64,000 nt of DNA from Pseudobdellovibrionaceae bacterium (GTDB taxonomy: Bacteria; Bdellovibrionota; Bdellovibrionia; Bdellovibrionales; UBA1609): contig JACKAN010000012.1 of assembly GCA_020635055.1 (NCBI GenBank), forward strand, positions 38,672 to 102,671, in the 5' to 3' direction. Position numbers and translations under genes: made by a program. The notes under the pieces are model-generated. The model saw nothing but the letters and a program-made list of their open reading frames with translations, was not told the DNA's origin and made no database searches. Numbering within the stretch: position 1 is the stretch's first letter; the number at the start of each line of letters is the position of its first letter. Of the stretch, positions 47,648-57,924 are shown piece after piece.

Positions 47648-48280
47648 ATGAAATTGTTTTCTATAGCTTTCATGTTCTTGTTTGTATTTTCACAAATTGG
47701 TTGTGCAACTCGTCAGCAAGCCAATGCCGATAAATTCCAGAAACAAGTCAATAGATTGACAAGTGAACTTACTAAACAAAAAACTTTGTCCAACCAACTT
47801 AAAGACGAAAATATTGTTTTGCGACAACTGGCGGGTGTTCCTGAACCCGCAATCCATCGTGTGAGGAGAGATGGAAAAAGAGAACTTAAAGTTTATAGTG
47901 AAAAGTTTTTATATTCTCAAGTTCTGAATGCTTTTAAAGCGGAGGATCGCACAAAATTATCAAGATCCGTAAAGGTTTTTTTAAAACAGTATCCAAAAAG
48001 CTCTAGAGCCGATAACGCTATTTATTTTAAAGGACTTTTGGATTTTAGATCTGGAAGATTGGCCGAAAGCTTAGAAGAGTTTGATAAAATACTTGATCAA
48101 TATCCTAAAGCTAATAAACGTCCTGCGGCTATATTAGGGAAGGGTCTGGCCTATAAATCTTTAAATTTAAATGACCAAGCTAAATTGATGTTTGAAAATG
48201 TAGTTAATAAATATCCAAAAACTCCGGAATATGTAAGAGCTAAAAGAGAGTTAAAGGAAATTGAAACAAAAAGTTTATAG
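47648..48280 (+). CDS. TPR lipoprotein, YbgF/CpoB-like
   Basis: The RBS GGAGGAAAG precedes a lipobox FSQIGC. A coiled-coil segment is followed by TPR units (ADNAIYFKGLL..., AAILGKGLAYKSLN...). Confidence 0.55.
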   Translation: MKLFSIAFMFLFVFSQIGCATRQQANADKFQKQVNRLTSELTKQKTLSNQLKDENIVLRQLAGVPEPAIHRVRRDGKRELKVYSEKFLYSQVLNAFKAEDRTKLSRSVKVFLKQYPKSSRADNAIYFKGLLDFRSGRLAESLEEFDKILDQYPKANKRPAAILGKGLAYKSLNLNDQAKLMFENVVNKYPKTPEYVRAKRELKEIETKSL

Positions 48281-48316
48281 TATTTAGTTAAAGAAAAAGA
48301 ACAAGGAAGTTCAAAA

Positions 48317-50203
48317 ATGAAATGGATTTTGTATTTCACTGTAGCTATGGCGACGGTATCGTCCTTAATATTTTATCCCAAATATAGTTTTGCTCAAGAT
48401 GAAAATGGCTTTGAAGATTTCGACGAAGAATTTGGTGGAGATCAAGAAAGTGTTGAAGAGAGCTCTTCCGATGATTTTTCTTTTGATGAAAATAAGGAAG
48501 ATTTCGACGAAAACGAAACTGTGGAGGGTGATGCCAATCAAGAAGATGACGAAGATTTTTTTGCTGAAGAAGAGGAGCCTAAGGACGATAAAAAAGAAGA
48601 TAAAGTAGCCACACCAGAGCCTGTTCAAGAGCCCGAGCCGAATCTGTTAAAAGAAAATGATACAGAAAAACTACAGTCTTCTACTGTTAATCCAGAAGAT
48701 AGTGAAATTAACGAAAACAACGAAAACAATTTACCAGACTTACAGTATGAAGCTAAGCTTTACGATATTTACATAAAATACAACTCGGCACCCATGTCAG
48801 ATGAAGAGTGGGATTATATAGCGGGTGCCAAAATGAGCGAAGTTTATACTATACAAAAAGGCGATACGCTTTGGCACTTAAGTAAGACTTTTTTTGGTGA
48901 TGGCAATTATTGGCCGAAAATTTGGTCCGTGAATTCCAAAATTAAAAATCCACATTTGATTGAACCTCTAAATGTAATTCGTTTTGTTTTGGGATCTGAA
49001 AATGACCCCCCGATGTTTACAGTTACTGAAGGTAAATCGCAAAAAGGGCAAGAAGAAAATTTCCCCGCCGAAGAACAAAATTTAGATGTAACTATAGAAG
49101 ATGCTCAGTTGGAAGATTTAGCAAAAGAAGTCGGAAAGTTAGAAAAAGAACTTACAGAAGAATTTTCTGAAGCTCAACTAGAAGAAGAGTTTATGTCTGA
49201 TGAAGAGATTGAGGGGATTGTTATTCCACCTCCAGAGAAAATCATTAGGCCCGTAACTCAAGTTTTCCCACCCAGTTTGCCACAATGGAAATCCTTAGCG
49301 GATTCTGTTTTAGAAAGTTCAACCATAGAGGTTTTAGATAAAAAACCCGACCTTAAGCCACATACTGTTACATTAAGTTATTATATTGATGAAAATCAAC
49401 CAGAAGGGATAGGTAAAATTGTTGGCGTTGAGGGTGGTGGAACCGTAGCTGCACAGTTTCAATATGTATATGTTCGAGCAAAAAAAGATTCAATTAAAGA
49501 AGGGGATAAGTATTTAGTTGTAGAGAAGCAAGGTCCTATTAAAACTGAAAAGGGAGTTCAAGAAGATGCCATTGTTTGGGAAGTACAAGGACAAATAATA
49601 GTTGGGCAAAAATTAGAAGCTACTAAAAAATATAGATCAAAAGATTTTGATGTTTATAGAGCGTCAGTTGCAAGTTCCATAACAGCCATTAGGGTGGATG
49701 CTGAAATTGTTCATTCAGATTACACCTTAGTAACTTTAGATAATAAGGGTCGCATTCCTCCAGTGTCTGGACTCATTATTGGTGGAGAGTTTAATACTAA
49801 AAGAAATTTATTGTCTAAAGAAAGTATCGCTTTTTTAAATGTAGGTTCTCATGAGGGTGTTCAAACGGGAGATATTTTACCTATATATTCGAATCATTAT
49901 TTAGAGCAATTAGATCCATACGTTATTACGACAAAAAAACCCATGGGTCTAATAAAGATTGCTAAAGCCACAGAATTTTACAGTACAGGTTTTGTTATAG
50001 AAAATAATGGTTCAATAAATGTTGGAGATTTTGTTGGTTTAAAAGAGGGTTTTGAGCGTGAGTATCTTGGCAAAGCTGTCTATGAAAAAGTTCAAAAAGA
50101 GAAAGCAGATAAAGAACTCGAAGAACTTCAATCCTTAATTCAAGTGGATGAAGAAGAAGTGGATCCCGCAGAAACTGAATCTTATGAATATATATCTGAA
50201 TAA
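48317..50203 (+). CDS. LysM domain protein with a highly acidic N-terminal region
   Basis: The LysM motif is YTIQKGDTLWHLSKTFFGDGNYWPKIWSVNSKIKNPHLIEPLNVIRF. A signal peptide is present. Confidence 0.8.
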   Translation: MKWILYFTVAMATVSSLIFYPKYSFAQDENGFEDFDEEFGGDQESVEESSSDDFSFDENKEDFDENETVEGDANQEDDEDFFAEEEEPKDDKKEDKVATPEPVQEPEPNLLKENDTEKLQSSTVNPEDSEINENNENNLPDLQYEAKLYDIYIKYNSAPMSDEEWDYIAGAKMSEVYTIQKGDTLWHLSKTFFGDGNYWPKIWSVNSKIKNPHLIEPLNVIRFVLGSENDPPMFTVTEGKSQKGQEENFPAEEQNLDVTIEDAQLEDLAKEVGKLEKELTEEFSEAQLEEEFMSDEEIEGIVIPPPEKIIRPVTQVFPPSLPQWKSLADSVLESSTIEVLDKKPDLKPHTVTLSYYIDENQPEGIGKIVGVEGGGTVAAQFQYVYVRAKKDSIKEGDKYLVVEKQGPIKTEKGVQEDAIVWEVQGQIIVGQKLEATKKYRSKDFDVYRASVASSITAIRVDAEIVHSDYTLVTLDNKGRIPPVSGLIIGGEFNTKRNLLSKESIAFLNVGSHEGVQTGDILPIYSNHYLEQLDPYVITTKKPMGLIKIAKATEFYSTGFVIENNGSINVGDFVGLKEGFEREYLGKAVYEKVQKEKADKELEELQSLIQVDEEEVDPAETESYEYISE

Positions 50204-50321
50204 AATGTGACTTTATTAATAGCTCTTAACTGGACAATTGTTCGATATTCGAATTCTAATTTTATCAGTAATAGTTAGTTGAGTGTAAGAATTTGTCATC
50301 TCATTGCATTTATATAATTAA

Positions 50322-51185
50322 ATGGAAAGAAAACTATTTTATGCAATATTGTATTGGCAAGGAATTCACATATCTGTTGAAGAAATCGAAGATATCAGTT
50401 CAAAGGATTTCCTAAGTTTAGAAAAATGGACGGAAACTCTTAGAAATTCAGATACTAAAATTAAGGTGAGAAGCCTAGCTGCAACCTTAATAGATAAATA
50501 TAAAAAAGAATATGATTGGCTAATTGAAAAGGGCATTCATGTTTTAGGTCCTTGGGATCACAACTATCCAAAAGAATTTAAAAGTTTAAAATCTCAACCA
50601 CTTTTAAGTGTAATGGGAAATATCGATGTTTTGCAGAGCCCGTCCTTGGCTGTGGTGGGCAGTCGACAACCCAGTCAGGTGTCTATTGATTGGATGAGGA
50701 GAGAACTGAATGATTTTATTAAAAGTGTATCGGTTATCTTGGTGAGCGGAGGCGCAAGAGGAGTTGACCAAGAGGTGCATCGATTGTGTATAGCTAATTT
50801 AAAGCCGACAATTTGTTTTTTACCTTCGGGCCTAGCCAGAGTATATCCTAACAATCTAATTTCTTGGTTTGAGCCTATCTTGAATTCTGGTGGAATTATT
50901 GTTAGCCAATTTTCACCATTTACACAAATTTTTAAAAATCATTTTCATCGCAGAAATGAACTCATTGCTTGTTTGAGTTGTGCTTCTTTTATTGTTGAGG
51001 CCAAACTAAGAAGCGGTTCACTTTTAACAGCTCAAAAAGCTTTACATTTGGGAAGAGAAATTGCCACGTTACCTTGTTCTCCAAACATAGAGTCGGGAAG
51101 GGGAAATTTACAATTACTATTGGAGGGGGCGCAAATGATAACAGATAGTTTAGATTTACAAGTCTTTTGGCATAGAAATAAATAG
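50322..51185 (+). CDS. dprA: DNA-processing protein DprA (Smf)
   Basis: It shows LAVVGSRQPS and SGGARGVDQEVH in a Rossmann-like DprA fold pattern, and the ORF is intact. Confidence 0.85.
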   Translation: MERKLFYAILYWQGIHISVEEIEDISSKDFLSLEKWTETLRNSDTKIKVRSLAATLIDKYKKEYDWLIEKGIHVLGPWDHNYPKEFKSLKSQPLLSVMGNIDVLQSPSLAVVGSRQPSQVSIDWMRRELNDFIKSVSVILVSGGARGVDQEVHRLCIANLKPTICFLPSGLARVYPNNLISWFEPILNSGGIIVSQFSPFTQIFKNHFHRRNELIACLSCASFIVEAKLRSGSLLTAQKALHLGREIATLPCSPNIESGRGNLQLLLEGAQMITDSLDLQVFWHRNK

Positions 51186-51258
51186 ACTTATGCCTAGGAA
51201 AGATTTGCTTTAATTAAAAATGACTTTGAATTAAAGTTTAATTTACCGATTATTAGTT

Positions 51259-52893
51259 ATGAATCTCAATATGCACATCTCAGATAAAGCAAAGTTAAAA
51301 AGAATAAGCAATATAGAAATAATTCGACAATTACCATCAGAAGACATTCTCGCACTTTTGCCTTTTTTAAAATATTACGAATATCCTGCAGACACTCAAC
51401 TTATTAAACAGGGCGATCATGGTGATTACATTTATTTTATTGATAAGGGAAGTGTGAAAGTTACTCAGGAAGATAGTGGAAGTTCTTGGGAGATCGGTGA
51501 GGGCGGAGTTGTCGGAGAGATATCCGTGATTACAGGTGAGTTACGTACAGCTTCCGTTAGGACTCTAAAACCTGTTGGAGTGTGGGTTATTGATAAAAAA
51601 TCTTTTCTCCAAGTTATTGAAAAAACACATAGCCTTAAAATAGCTTTAGATGATCTAATTAAAAAAAGAAAATCAGGTCAGAAGATAAAAGCTTTGTTGT
51701 CTCCAGCGGCTTGGACGGGTCGAGCTCTCCGATCGATTGAAGTCAAAAAACAGGGGCTCCATGGATGGCAGATTGCTATGTTTATAGGTTTACTAGGATG
51801 GATAACTTTAAAAACTAACAATTATTTTTCGTGGTTTCTAATTGACGAAGAAAATATTTTGATAGCTTGTGTGAAGCTTGTTTTTGGTTTTTTGATTTTA
51901 CAAGGAGCTTGTGAAGCCTTGGTCACAGGCGCTGAAAGAGTGGGGTCTCGACTTAATTGGGATGGCTTTATTTCTGGAACTGTAGGCTCTATTCTTAGTA
52001 CTTTGCCTGAATTTGTGGTGATTTGGTTTTTAGTGCAAATTGACCCTTTAATGGCGATTGTGACATCTATTGTGACGATATTTAATAATTCGATTGCTTA
52101 CTCTTTTTATGCATTTTTACTTCCCAAAGATGAAACTGGAACATTCAAAATGCCAAAGTCATTAACTGTTGCCGGAGGAGAACTCCTAATTGCTGGTGCT
52201 GCAGTTTCTCTTATCCTTGGTTTAGTAATGTTAGTTATGCATATTACTAAAGTAAAATCCGAATTGGCTGGGGGTGACCTAATAATGGCTGGTGTTTTAC
52301 TTATAGTCATTTATGCATATTATTTTTTAACACTCATTAGGTATTATAAGGAGGGTGAAGACAATCCAAGTAGTTTGCCTCCTAATCCTGAAAGAACAGG
52401 TTACGATAAAAGAGTATCTCTCATCTTCTTTTCTTTTTTAGTGGGTATTATTGGTTCATATTGTGGTGGTGAAGCTGTAGGAGAGTTTGCTGAAACAGCA
52501 CTAAAGCACACTAATTTAGGAACCATTTCTACTTCGGCCATACTTGCATTTTTTGCCGGCATTAGTGAGTACATTATAGTTTATAAATCACATAAAAGAG
52601 GTGAGTTAGGAATAGCTTTAAGTAATGTATTTGGCGGCATGACTCAAGTTATGTTTTTGCTATTGCCATTTGGTTTAATCATCATTGGCGCATTTGGAGT
52701 TTTAGGATATTCAGGAAACTATTACCTGCAAATTAATCCCGTAACACTACTGCTTTTTCTATTATTGTTTCCACTGTTTTATACCCTTTATCAATATTTT
52801 GGACACCAAAATAAAGTTAGCAATTTAGGTGCCGCAGGGATGAGTGGAATTTATATATTATTGCTATATTTTCTTTTTACATTACCCATTTAA
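51259..52893 (+). CDS. Cyclic-nucleotide-binding domain fused to a Na+/Ca2+ exchanger-type (CaCA) membrane domain
   Basis: The cNMP-binding pattern is GDHGDYIYFIDKGSV...GEISVITGELRTASVRT. The membrane part has GAERVGSRL...GTVGSILSTLPEFVV and a second alpha-repeat, GEFAETALKHTNLG. Confidence 0.7.
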   Translation: MNLNMHISDKAKLKRISNIEIIRQLPSEDILALLPFLKYYEYPADTQLIKQGDHGDYIYFIDKGSVKVTQEDSGSSWEIGEGGVVGEISVITGELRTASVRTLKPVGVWVIDKKSFLQVIEKTHSLKIALDDLIKKRKSGQKIKALLSPAAWTGRALRSIEVKKQGLHGWQIAMFIGLLGWITLKTNNYFSWFLIDEENILIACVKLVFGFLILQGACEALVTGAERVGSRLNWDGFISGTVGSILSTLPEFVVIWFLVQIDPLMAIVTSIVTIFNNSIAYSFYAFLLPKDETGTFKMPKSLTVAGGELLIAGAAVSLILGLVMLVMHITKVKSELAGGDLIMAGVLLIVIYAYYFLTLIRYYKEGEDNPSSLPPNPERTGYDKRVSLIFFSFLVGIIGSYCGGEAVGEFAETALKHTNLGTISTSAILAFFAGISEYIIVYKSHKRGELGIALSNVFGGMTQVMFLLLPFGLIIIGAFGVLGYSGNYYLQINPVTLLLFLLLFPLFYTLYQYFGHQNKVSNLGAAGMSGIYILLLYFLFTLPI

Positions 52894-52899
52894 ATTAAT

Positions 52900-54015
52900 T
52901 TACTTTCGGGCTTGATACACTTTGTAGCCACCCAATGTAATAAAAATTAGATTTCCAAGCCAAACCGCAAGCAAGACAGGAACAGTATTACTTTTGGCTA
53001 AAGACTCCATTGTGGCATAAATTACCCAAAAGAGGACAACCACAGCAATTGATAAAACAAAACCGCTGCTTTTTCCGGATCGGCGGTTGGTGGTCGTTCC
53101 TAATCCCACACCTAATAAGGCAAAAACTATGCAAGTGATAGCTAAAGATATGCGTCGGTGATATTCGATTTCTAATTTTTTATAAAAATTAGGTTCTATT
53201 TTACTTTTATTATCAAGATCTTTATTTAAATCATTTAAGTTATAGGACAAGGGCGTTTTGCTTTTTTCCGTTTGTTCTACTGGGTCATAAAGATAATTGT
53301 CGGAGGTTTCGAAATCTACCTTTGTATAAATTTCGTTTTGTGTTCGATGAATACTGCCATTATAAAGCCTTAAGAAAGCTTTTTGTCCAGTAAATGAAGA
53401 TTCTTGAAAGATTTTTCCCTCTTCTGCAATAATGGTCATTGGAGAGGCCGCATTTCTTTCATCAAATATAAAAATTTTTTTTAACAAATTTTGTTTTGAA
53501 TCCACTTCATTGGCATATATTACCATGTCAAAAAAACCTTCAGAAAAAACACCCTCTTTTATTGAAGCTCCGGGTTTAGTTTGCCCCAGTTTATGGACTA
53601 GGATTTCCATTTTTCGATTCCCCCAGGGGGCTAGAAAAAAAGAAGTTTGAGCAGATAAAAAAGCTATAATAACTCCCAAGAGAATGGCTGGAAAAGTAAG
53701 GTGATAAATATTCAAGCCCAAGGCTTTAAATGCAACTATTTCCGAATCGCCACTGAGTCTCCCATATGTAAGTAGTACTGAAAACAAAAGACTCATTGGT
53801 AAAATGACAGGTAAAAATGAAATGGAAAGGTAAACTAAAATCTTTCCAATAGTGTTAATGCTGGCCCCATGAACAATGACATACTCTGTGAGGCGAAAAG
53901 ATTGAAACATTATTATAATAAACATAAAAAGAAAGGCTCCTAAAATAAATGTAGGGAGCATTTCAAAAAAAATGTATTTTTGTGCCAATCTTGATCTAAG
54001 AATGGATAGTTGCAT
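52900..54015 (-). CDS. LPS export ABC transporter permease, LptF/LptG (YjgP/YjgQ) family
   Basis: It has YIFFEMLPTFILGAFLFMFI, six TM segments and a periplasmic beta-jellyroll region. Its start overlaps the kdsA stop. Confidence 0.85.
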   Translation of the reverse strand: MQLSILRSRLAQKYIFFEMLPTFILGAFLFMFIIIMFQSFRLTEYVIVHGASINTIGKILVYLSISFLPVILPMSLLFSVLLTYGRLSGDSEIVAFKALGLNIYHLTFPAILLGVIIAFLSAQTSFFLAPWGNRKMEILVHKLGQTKPGASIKEGVFSEGFFDMVIYANEVDSKQNLLKKIFIFDERNAASPMTIIAEEGKIFQESSFTGQKAFLRLYNGSIHRTQNEIYTKVDFETSDNYLYDPVEQTEKSKTPLSYNLNDLNKDLDNKSKIEPNFYKKLEIEYHRRISLAITCIVFALLGVGLGTTTNRRSGKSSGFVLSIAVVVLFWVIYATMESLAKSNTVPVLLAVWLGNLIFITLGGYKVYQARK

Positions 54016-54911
54016 TACAATGTATAGGTTCCCATTTTTTCTGGGCTACCAATGGCAGTTCTCACAGCTTTTGCTTTAATTATCAGATTTTCATAAAACT
54101 TTAAATCTAACTGAGAAGCAGCATCACAACGAGCAGTAATAGGTCGAGGATGTGACTCAAGAAACAAAGCGTCAGCTCCTGCGGCTACGGCAGCTAAAGT
54201 CAAATGAGGTATAAATTTGGGTTCACCACCAGCTGGGTCTGCACTAGAAATTCCGTAAAGTCGAATAACATGAGTGGCATCAAAGCAGGCGGGTGCACCT
54301 AAACTTTGCATAATGGGTATGGATCTCATATCTGCAACTAAACGATTGTACCCAAAACTCGCACCTCTTTCAGTTAAAAGTACATTTTTGTTACCAGTAG
54401 AGTGTAACTTACTCAAAGGGCTTTCCATGCCTTCTGGGGATAAAAATTGTCCTTTTTTAACATTTACTGGTTTTCCAGTTTCACCGCAGGCAAGCACTAA
54501 TGATGTTTGTTGACACATATAAGCTGGAATTTGAAGTACATCTACATATTCAGCGACCATGGCCACATCTTCTGTTCTATGCACATCCGTTAAAACTGGA
54601 ACTCCAAATCTTTCTCGAACGCCAGCCAAGATCTTTAAACCTTCTTCAGCTAATGGTCCCTTCCAATTGGAGGCACTGCCTCTATTGTCTTTTTCATAGG
54701 AGCTTTTAAAAATTAGGTTAATGTTTTGGCGATCGCAAATTTCAACTAGCTTTTCGGCAGTTTCAAATAGCAAATCTGGGCTATCAATGACGCAGGGTCC
54801 ACTAATCACCATTAAAGGCTGGCCGCTGCCACAAGTGAACTCTCTGTTTTTGGTTTTTACTGTAAATTTTCTATCTGGTAGTGAAAAGGTCTCTTCTCTT
54901 GTTTTATTCAT
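54015..54911 (-). CDS. kdsA: 3-deoxy-8-phosphooctulonate (KDO8P) synthase
   Basis: It shows GPCVIDS, IFKSSYEKDNR, PVLTDVH, LQIPAYMCQQT, VNVKKGQF and DATH. I prefer ATG 54911, which has a GGAG RBS. Confidence 0.92.
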   Translation of the reverse strand: MNKTREETFSLPDRKFTVKTKNREFTCGSGQPLMVISGPCVIDSPDLLFETAEKLVEICDRQNINLIFKSSYEKDNRGSASNWKGPLAEEGLKILAGVRERFGVPVLTDVHRTEDVAMVAEYVDVLQIPAYMCQQTSLVLACGETGKPVNVKKGQFLSPEGMESPLSKLHSTGNKNVLLTERGASFGYNRLVADMRSIPIMQSLGAPACFDATHVIRLYGISSADPAGGEPKFIPHLTLAAVAAGADALFLESHPRPITARCDAASQLDLKFYENLIIKAKAVRTAIGSPEKMGTYTL

Positions 54912-55027
54912 ATATAAACTCCATTTAGATCTTATATCTAAAAACTGAATAATTTCCAAGCTGAACTTTAGCTTAGTTCATTGTCACATAGTTTACTTAT
55001 GACATTTCTCTGGTGCATAATAATCCT

Positions 55028-55774
55028 ATGGTTCGCATTCTTCTTGTCATCGATGATTATAACGAAATGATTTATCTACAAACACTATTAAAAAAGCTTG
55101 GGTTTGATGTAGATTCTTTGTCTAATACCAGAAAATTTGCAGATACTCTATTAGGCTTTAATCCTAAAATAGTAATCATTACGGCACATGGAAAAAAAAT
55201 AAATGGTCTAGAGCTCACCAGTTCTATTGTAAGAAGAAATGGCTTGCCCAGAATATTTTTGATTAAAAATCAAGGGCAGGTCTTTGGAAATGGGGAATTG
55301 AGTGACGAAAAAATAGATAGGATATTAGAGAGTCCTGTTAATTTTTTAAATTTAGTTAAATGTATCTGTGAATTCGAAACTAGTTTGAATTATGAAAACA
55401 TATCCCTCAAACTTTCTAATATAATGACCTCAGATAAACTTGAAAAAGAAGTTGATGAAAAAGAGTATAATATCAACGACTTTTCAAGAGATGAGAATGA
55501 AATCATTCATATAAGTGGGAACTCGGACAAAGATAAGTTCATAGCAAAACCTACATCATCAGTTCCTGTAGATCAAAGAAAAGAAAATTATCAAAATTTT
55601 TTAAAAAAAATGGAAAATCCTCCGCAGGGAAATGGAGGCTTTATTAAAGATAAAATCAAAGACTACAATAAAAAAAATAGAATTTCCCATAAAGAAGAGT
55701 CTATAGTGGAATTAGATTCGCACAAAAAGGATTTTGTGCGAGCCCTGTTTAGCCACTTAAAAAAGGGTTCTTAG
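55028..55774 (+). CDS. Receiver-like (CheY-like) domain protein, possibly a pseudo-receiver
   Basis: It has the MVRILLVIDDYNE acidic pocket, but the expected phospho-acceptor region reads KIVIITAHG. The C-terminal half is low-complexity. Confidence 0.55.
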   Translation: MVRILLVIDDYNEMIYLQTLLKKLGFDVDSLSNTRKFADTLLGFNPKIVIITAHGKKINGLELTSSIVRRNGLPRIFLIKNQGQVFGNGELSDEKIDRILESPVNFLNLVKCICEFETSLNYENISLKLSNIMTSDKLEKEVDEKEYNINDFSRDENEIIHISGNSDKDKFIAKPTSSVPVDQRKENYQNFLKKMENPPQGNGGFIKDKIKDYNKKNRISHKEESIVELDSHKKDFVRALFSHLKKGS

Positions 55775-55838
55775 TACTGCGACCACTTAAAATCCCTAGG
55801 CAGAGGGAGGAAAATTTAAGTGATTGTAGTACTTTTTT
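55773..55838. terminator. Long imperfect hairpin between convergent genes
   Basis: AGTACTGCGACCACTTAA (55773-55790) pairs with TTAAGTGATTGTAGTACT (55816-55833) at 15/18, followed by T6. Confidence 0.45.
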
Positions 55839-57754
55839 CAAGAAGTCTTCTTTTTAAAAATATTCATTAAAGAACCCAGTCCAGATCCAGAGCTTTTCAT
55901 TTTTCTTTCAATGGAAAGCCATTCAATCTGGGCGGGTTTAAATTCTGGATTTAGAGTGAAAGAATGTTTAAAAGCAGTTAAGGCTTTATCGTAACTCTCA
56001 GCAGTTTTTAAATACAGACCTTTTACATAAAAATAAGAAGAACTGTGTCTAATTTCAGCTGGAATACGAGAAAGAAATTCATCAACTAAATTTAAGAGTT
56101 CTGTTCGTTGAGAAGGAGGCGTTGTTTTTTTAAGAAGCGCCCAGCAATAGTAAACCAAAAAGTCATCGCCGTAAAGTTTCAGCTGATAAACTTCATCAAA
56201 ACATTCACAGGCTTCTAAGAATTTATTATTATTAAGAAGCATTAGCCCTCTCTCAAATAAGTTTTCGGTTTTAATAATAATTTCAGCGCGACCGTGTTCG
56301 AGTTCGAAATTATATTTTTCTCGAGTTTGAGGGTTAATGAGGGTTTGGTGTGCTTCAGTTAAAAACTGAAAAATTTCAGTAGTTAATGTTCTCAACTCTT
56401 CGGGAGCTTCTTCTGAAACTTTATCAGGATGAAGATAAATTGCAAAATTATGAAAGGCTTGTTGAATTTTTTCTTTAGGAGAGTGCTTTTCTACACCTAA
56501 TATTTCATAGTAATTCTTGTCTACTAAATTTTCTTTTAAGTCTTTTAGCCTTTGCAAAGAGGCATCAAAATTAGTTGAAACCACCTTTTCTTCACTAAAT
56601 TTTAATATTTCTAAAAGCAGTAAAAAATAAATGGATTGAAAAAGAAAAGACTTGTTTTTATTGTTGCTCATTACTTCAGAAAAAGTCATTTGATTAGAAA
56701 TGATTTCATTTAAATTAGGACTCAAACTCACAAGAGCAATTTTCTTAAGAGTTTCATATAAACTATAATTAGGACCTTTTATTATCGGATTTTCAAGCCA
56801 AGGTGTAAAGAAACTCATTAGCCAATCAGATTTAACTTTTGTTGATATCCAATCATTGAGAAAGCGATAAAAGCTAGGGTCCGTCATGCTGAGTTTCACT
56901 ATTTCAGTCAAGTTTTCTGTAAAGCTTATCTCAAATGTTTCTGGCTGTATTATTTTACTTAAGCGAATAGATAATTGTTCTTGGTGAACCAAATCAATTG
57001 CATGCGGACTCAGAGTGTTTGTCGACCACATTCTTTGACCTATTGGTAAATTACTTGAAAGAGCGAGACCTTTTGCAACTTCTTCTGGAGTGGCAAATCC
57101 ATTTTCTATTAGTAAAACTCCAAAATAGGACTCTCGATCATTACTATCAACTTGAAAAATTTGTCCATTGTTAAATTTAATGTGAATAGGTTCTTTTAAA
57201 CCTTTAAGTGTTAATTTTCCTGAAGATTTAGTTGTATTTAAAAGAGTTAAAACAAAAGGTATTTCATAACCATGAATAGTCCCCTGTGCTTTAATAACAT
57301 CTGTTACCATTTTACTATCATAATTGAATTTTTTAGTAAATAGTTGCTGAAAAGGTGTGAGTTCAGGGGTAATCATACCATTAAAAGCGGTATGAACTTC
57401 TTCTAGAATATCCTCAATATCAAATGGTTTTTCTAAGAAACAAATGGCTTTGGTTTTTTCTATCGCCTCTTTTTTAAAAGTGTTGTCTTTAAAAATTCCA
57501 CTAATGAGAATAATTTTTAGATTGGAACCTAATTTTGCTCTCATATTGGTCGCGACTTCAATGCCATTCACTCGTGGCAACATACAGTCTACGATGAGCA
57601 GATGATAATCTTTAATTTGAGTTTCACGTTGAGCTTCATCATAGTTACGAACATATTTGGCATTAAAACCGCTGCGGACAAGAGCTTTCGTAATAGGCTC
57701 AGCCTGCAGTTGTTCATCATCTATTACCAATATGTTGATGTCCGACTTCTTCAT
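55838..57754 (-). CDS. Response-regulator receiver + PATAN/DUF4388-like + J-domain + TPR multidomain protein
   Basis: The receiver is ILVIDDE...LLIVDCMLP...K. A PATAN-like segment is GKLTLKG...IHIKFNNGQIFQV. The J domain is NYYEILGV...YLHPDK. The C-terminus is TPR-like. Confidence 0.7.
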   Translation of the reverse strand: MKKSDINILVIDDEQLQAEPITKALVRSGFNAKYVRNYDEAQRETQIKDYHLLIVDCMLPRVNGIEVATNMRAKLGSNLKIILISGIFKDNTFKKEAIEKTKAICFLEKPFDIEDILEEVHTAFNGMITPELTPFQQLFTKKFNYDSKMVTDVIKAQGTIHGYEIPFVLTLLNTTKSSGKLTLKGLKEPIHIKFNNGQIFQVDSNDRESYFGVLLIENGFATPEEVAKGLALSSNLPIGQRMWSTNTLSPHAIDLVHQEQLSIRLSKIIQPETFEISFTENLTEIVKLSMTDPSFYRFLNDWISTKVKSDWLMSFFTPWLENPIIKGPNYSLYETLKKIALVSLSPNLNEIISNQMTFSEVMSNNKNKSFLFQSIYFLLLLEILKFSEEKVVSTNFDASLQRLKDLKENLVDKNYYEILGVEKHSPKEKIQQAFHNFAIYLHPDKVSEEAPEELRTLTTEIFQFLTEAHQTLINPQTREKYNFELEHGRAEIIIKTENLFERGLMLLNNNKFLEACECFDEVYQLKLYGDDFLVYYCWALLKKTTPPSQRTELLNLVDEFLSRIPAEIRHSSSYFYVKGLYLKTAESYDKALTAFKHSFTLNPEFKPAQIEWLSIERKMKSSGSGLGSLMNIFKKKTS

Positions 57755-57924
57755 ATTTATATTATCGGTTAAATAGATAGTAAATTAGAGCAATGTTTCT
57801 GTAAGCTCTTTAATTTTAAGGTGACGACCAACAATGCGTCGCAACATCAGTTTATTTTAAAGATATTTTAAAAATTAACGACTTTGGGCTAGGATAAGCA
57901 ATTATAAATAAAAAGAGGTTAAAG

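Noticed and set aside
57881-57896. A weak sigma-54-like GG-N10-GC element (TGGGCTaggatAAGCA) lies upstream of trxA.
   Set aside because: Only the GG and GC dinucleotides match, the flanking consensus is poor, and trxA is normally sigma-70 dependent.
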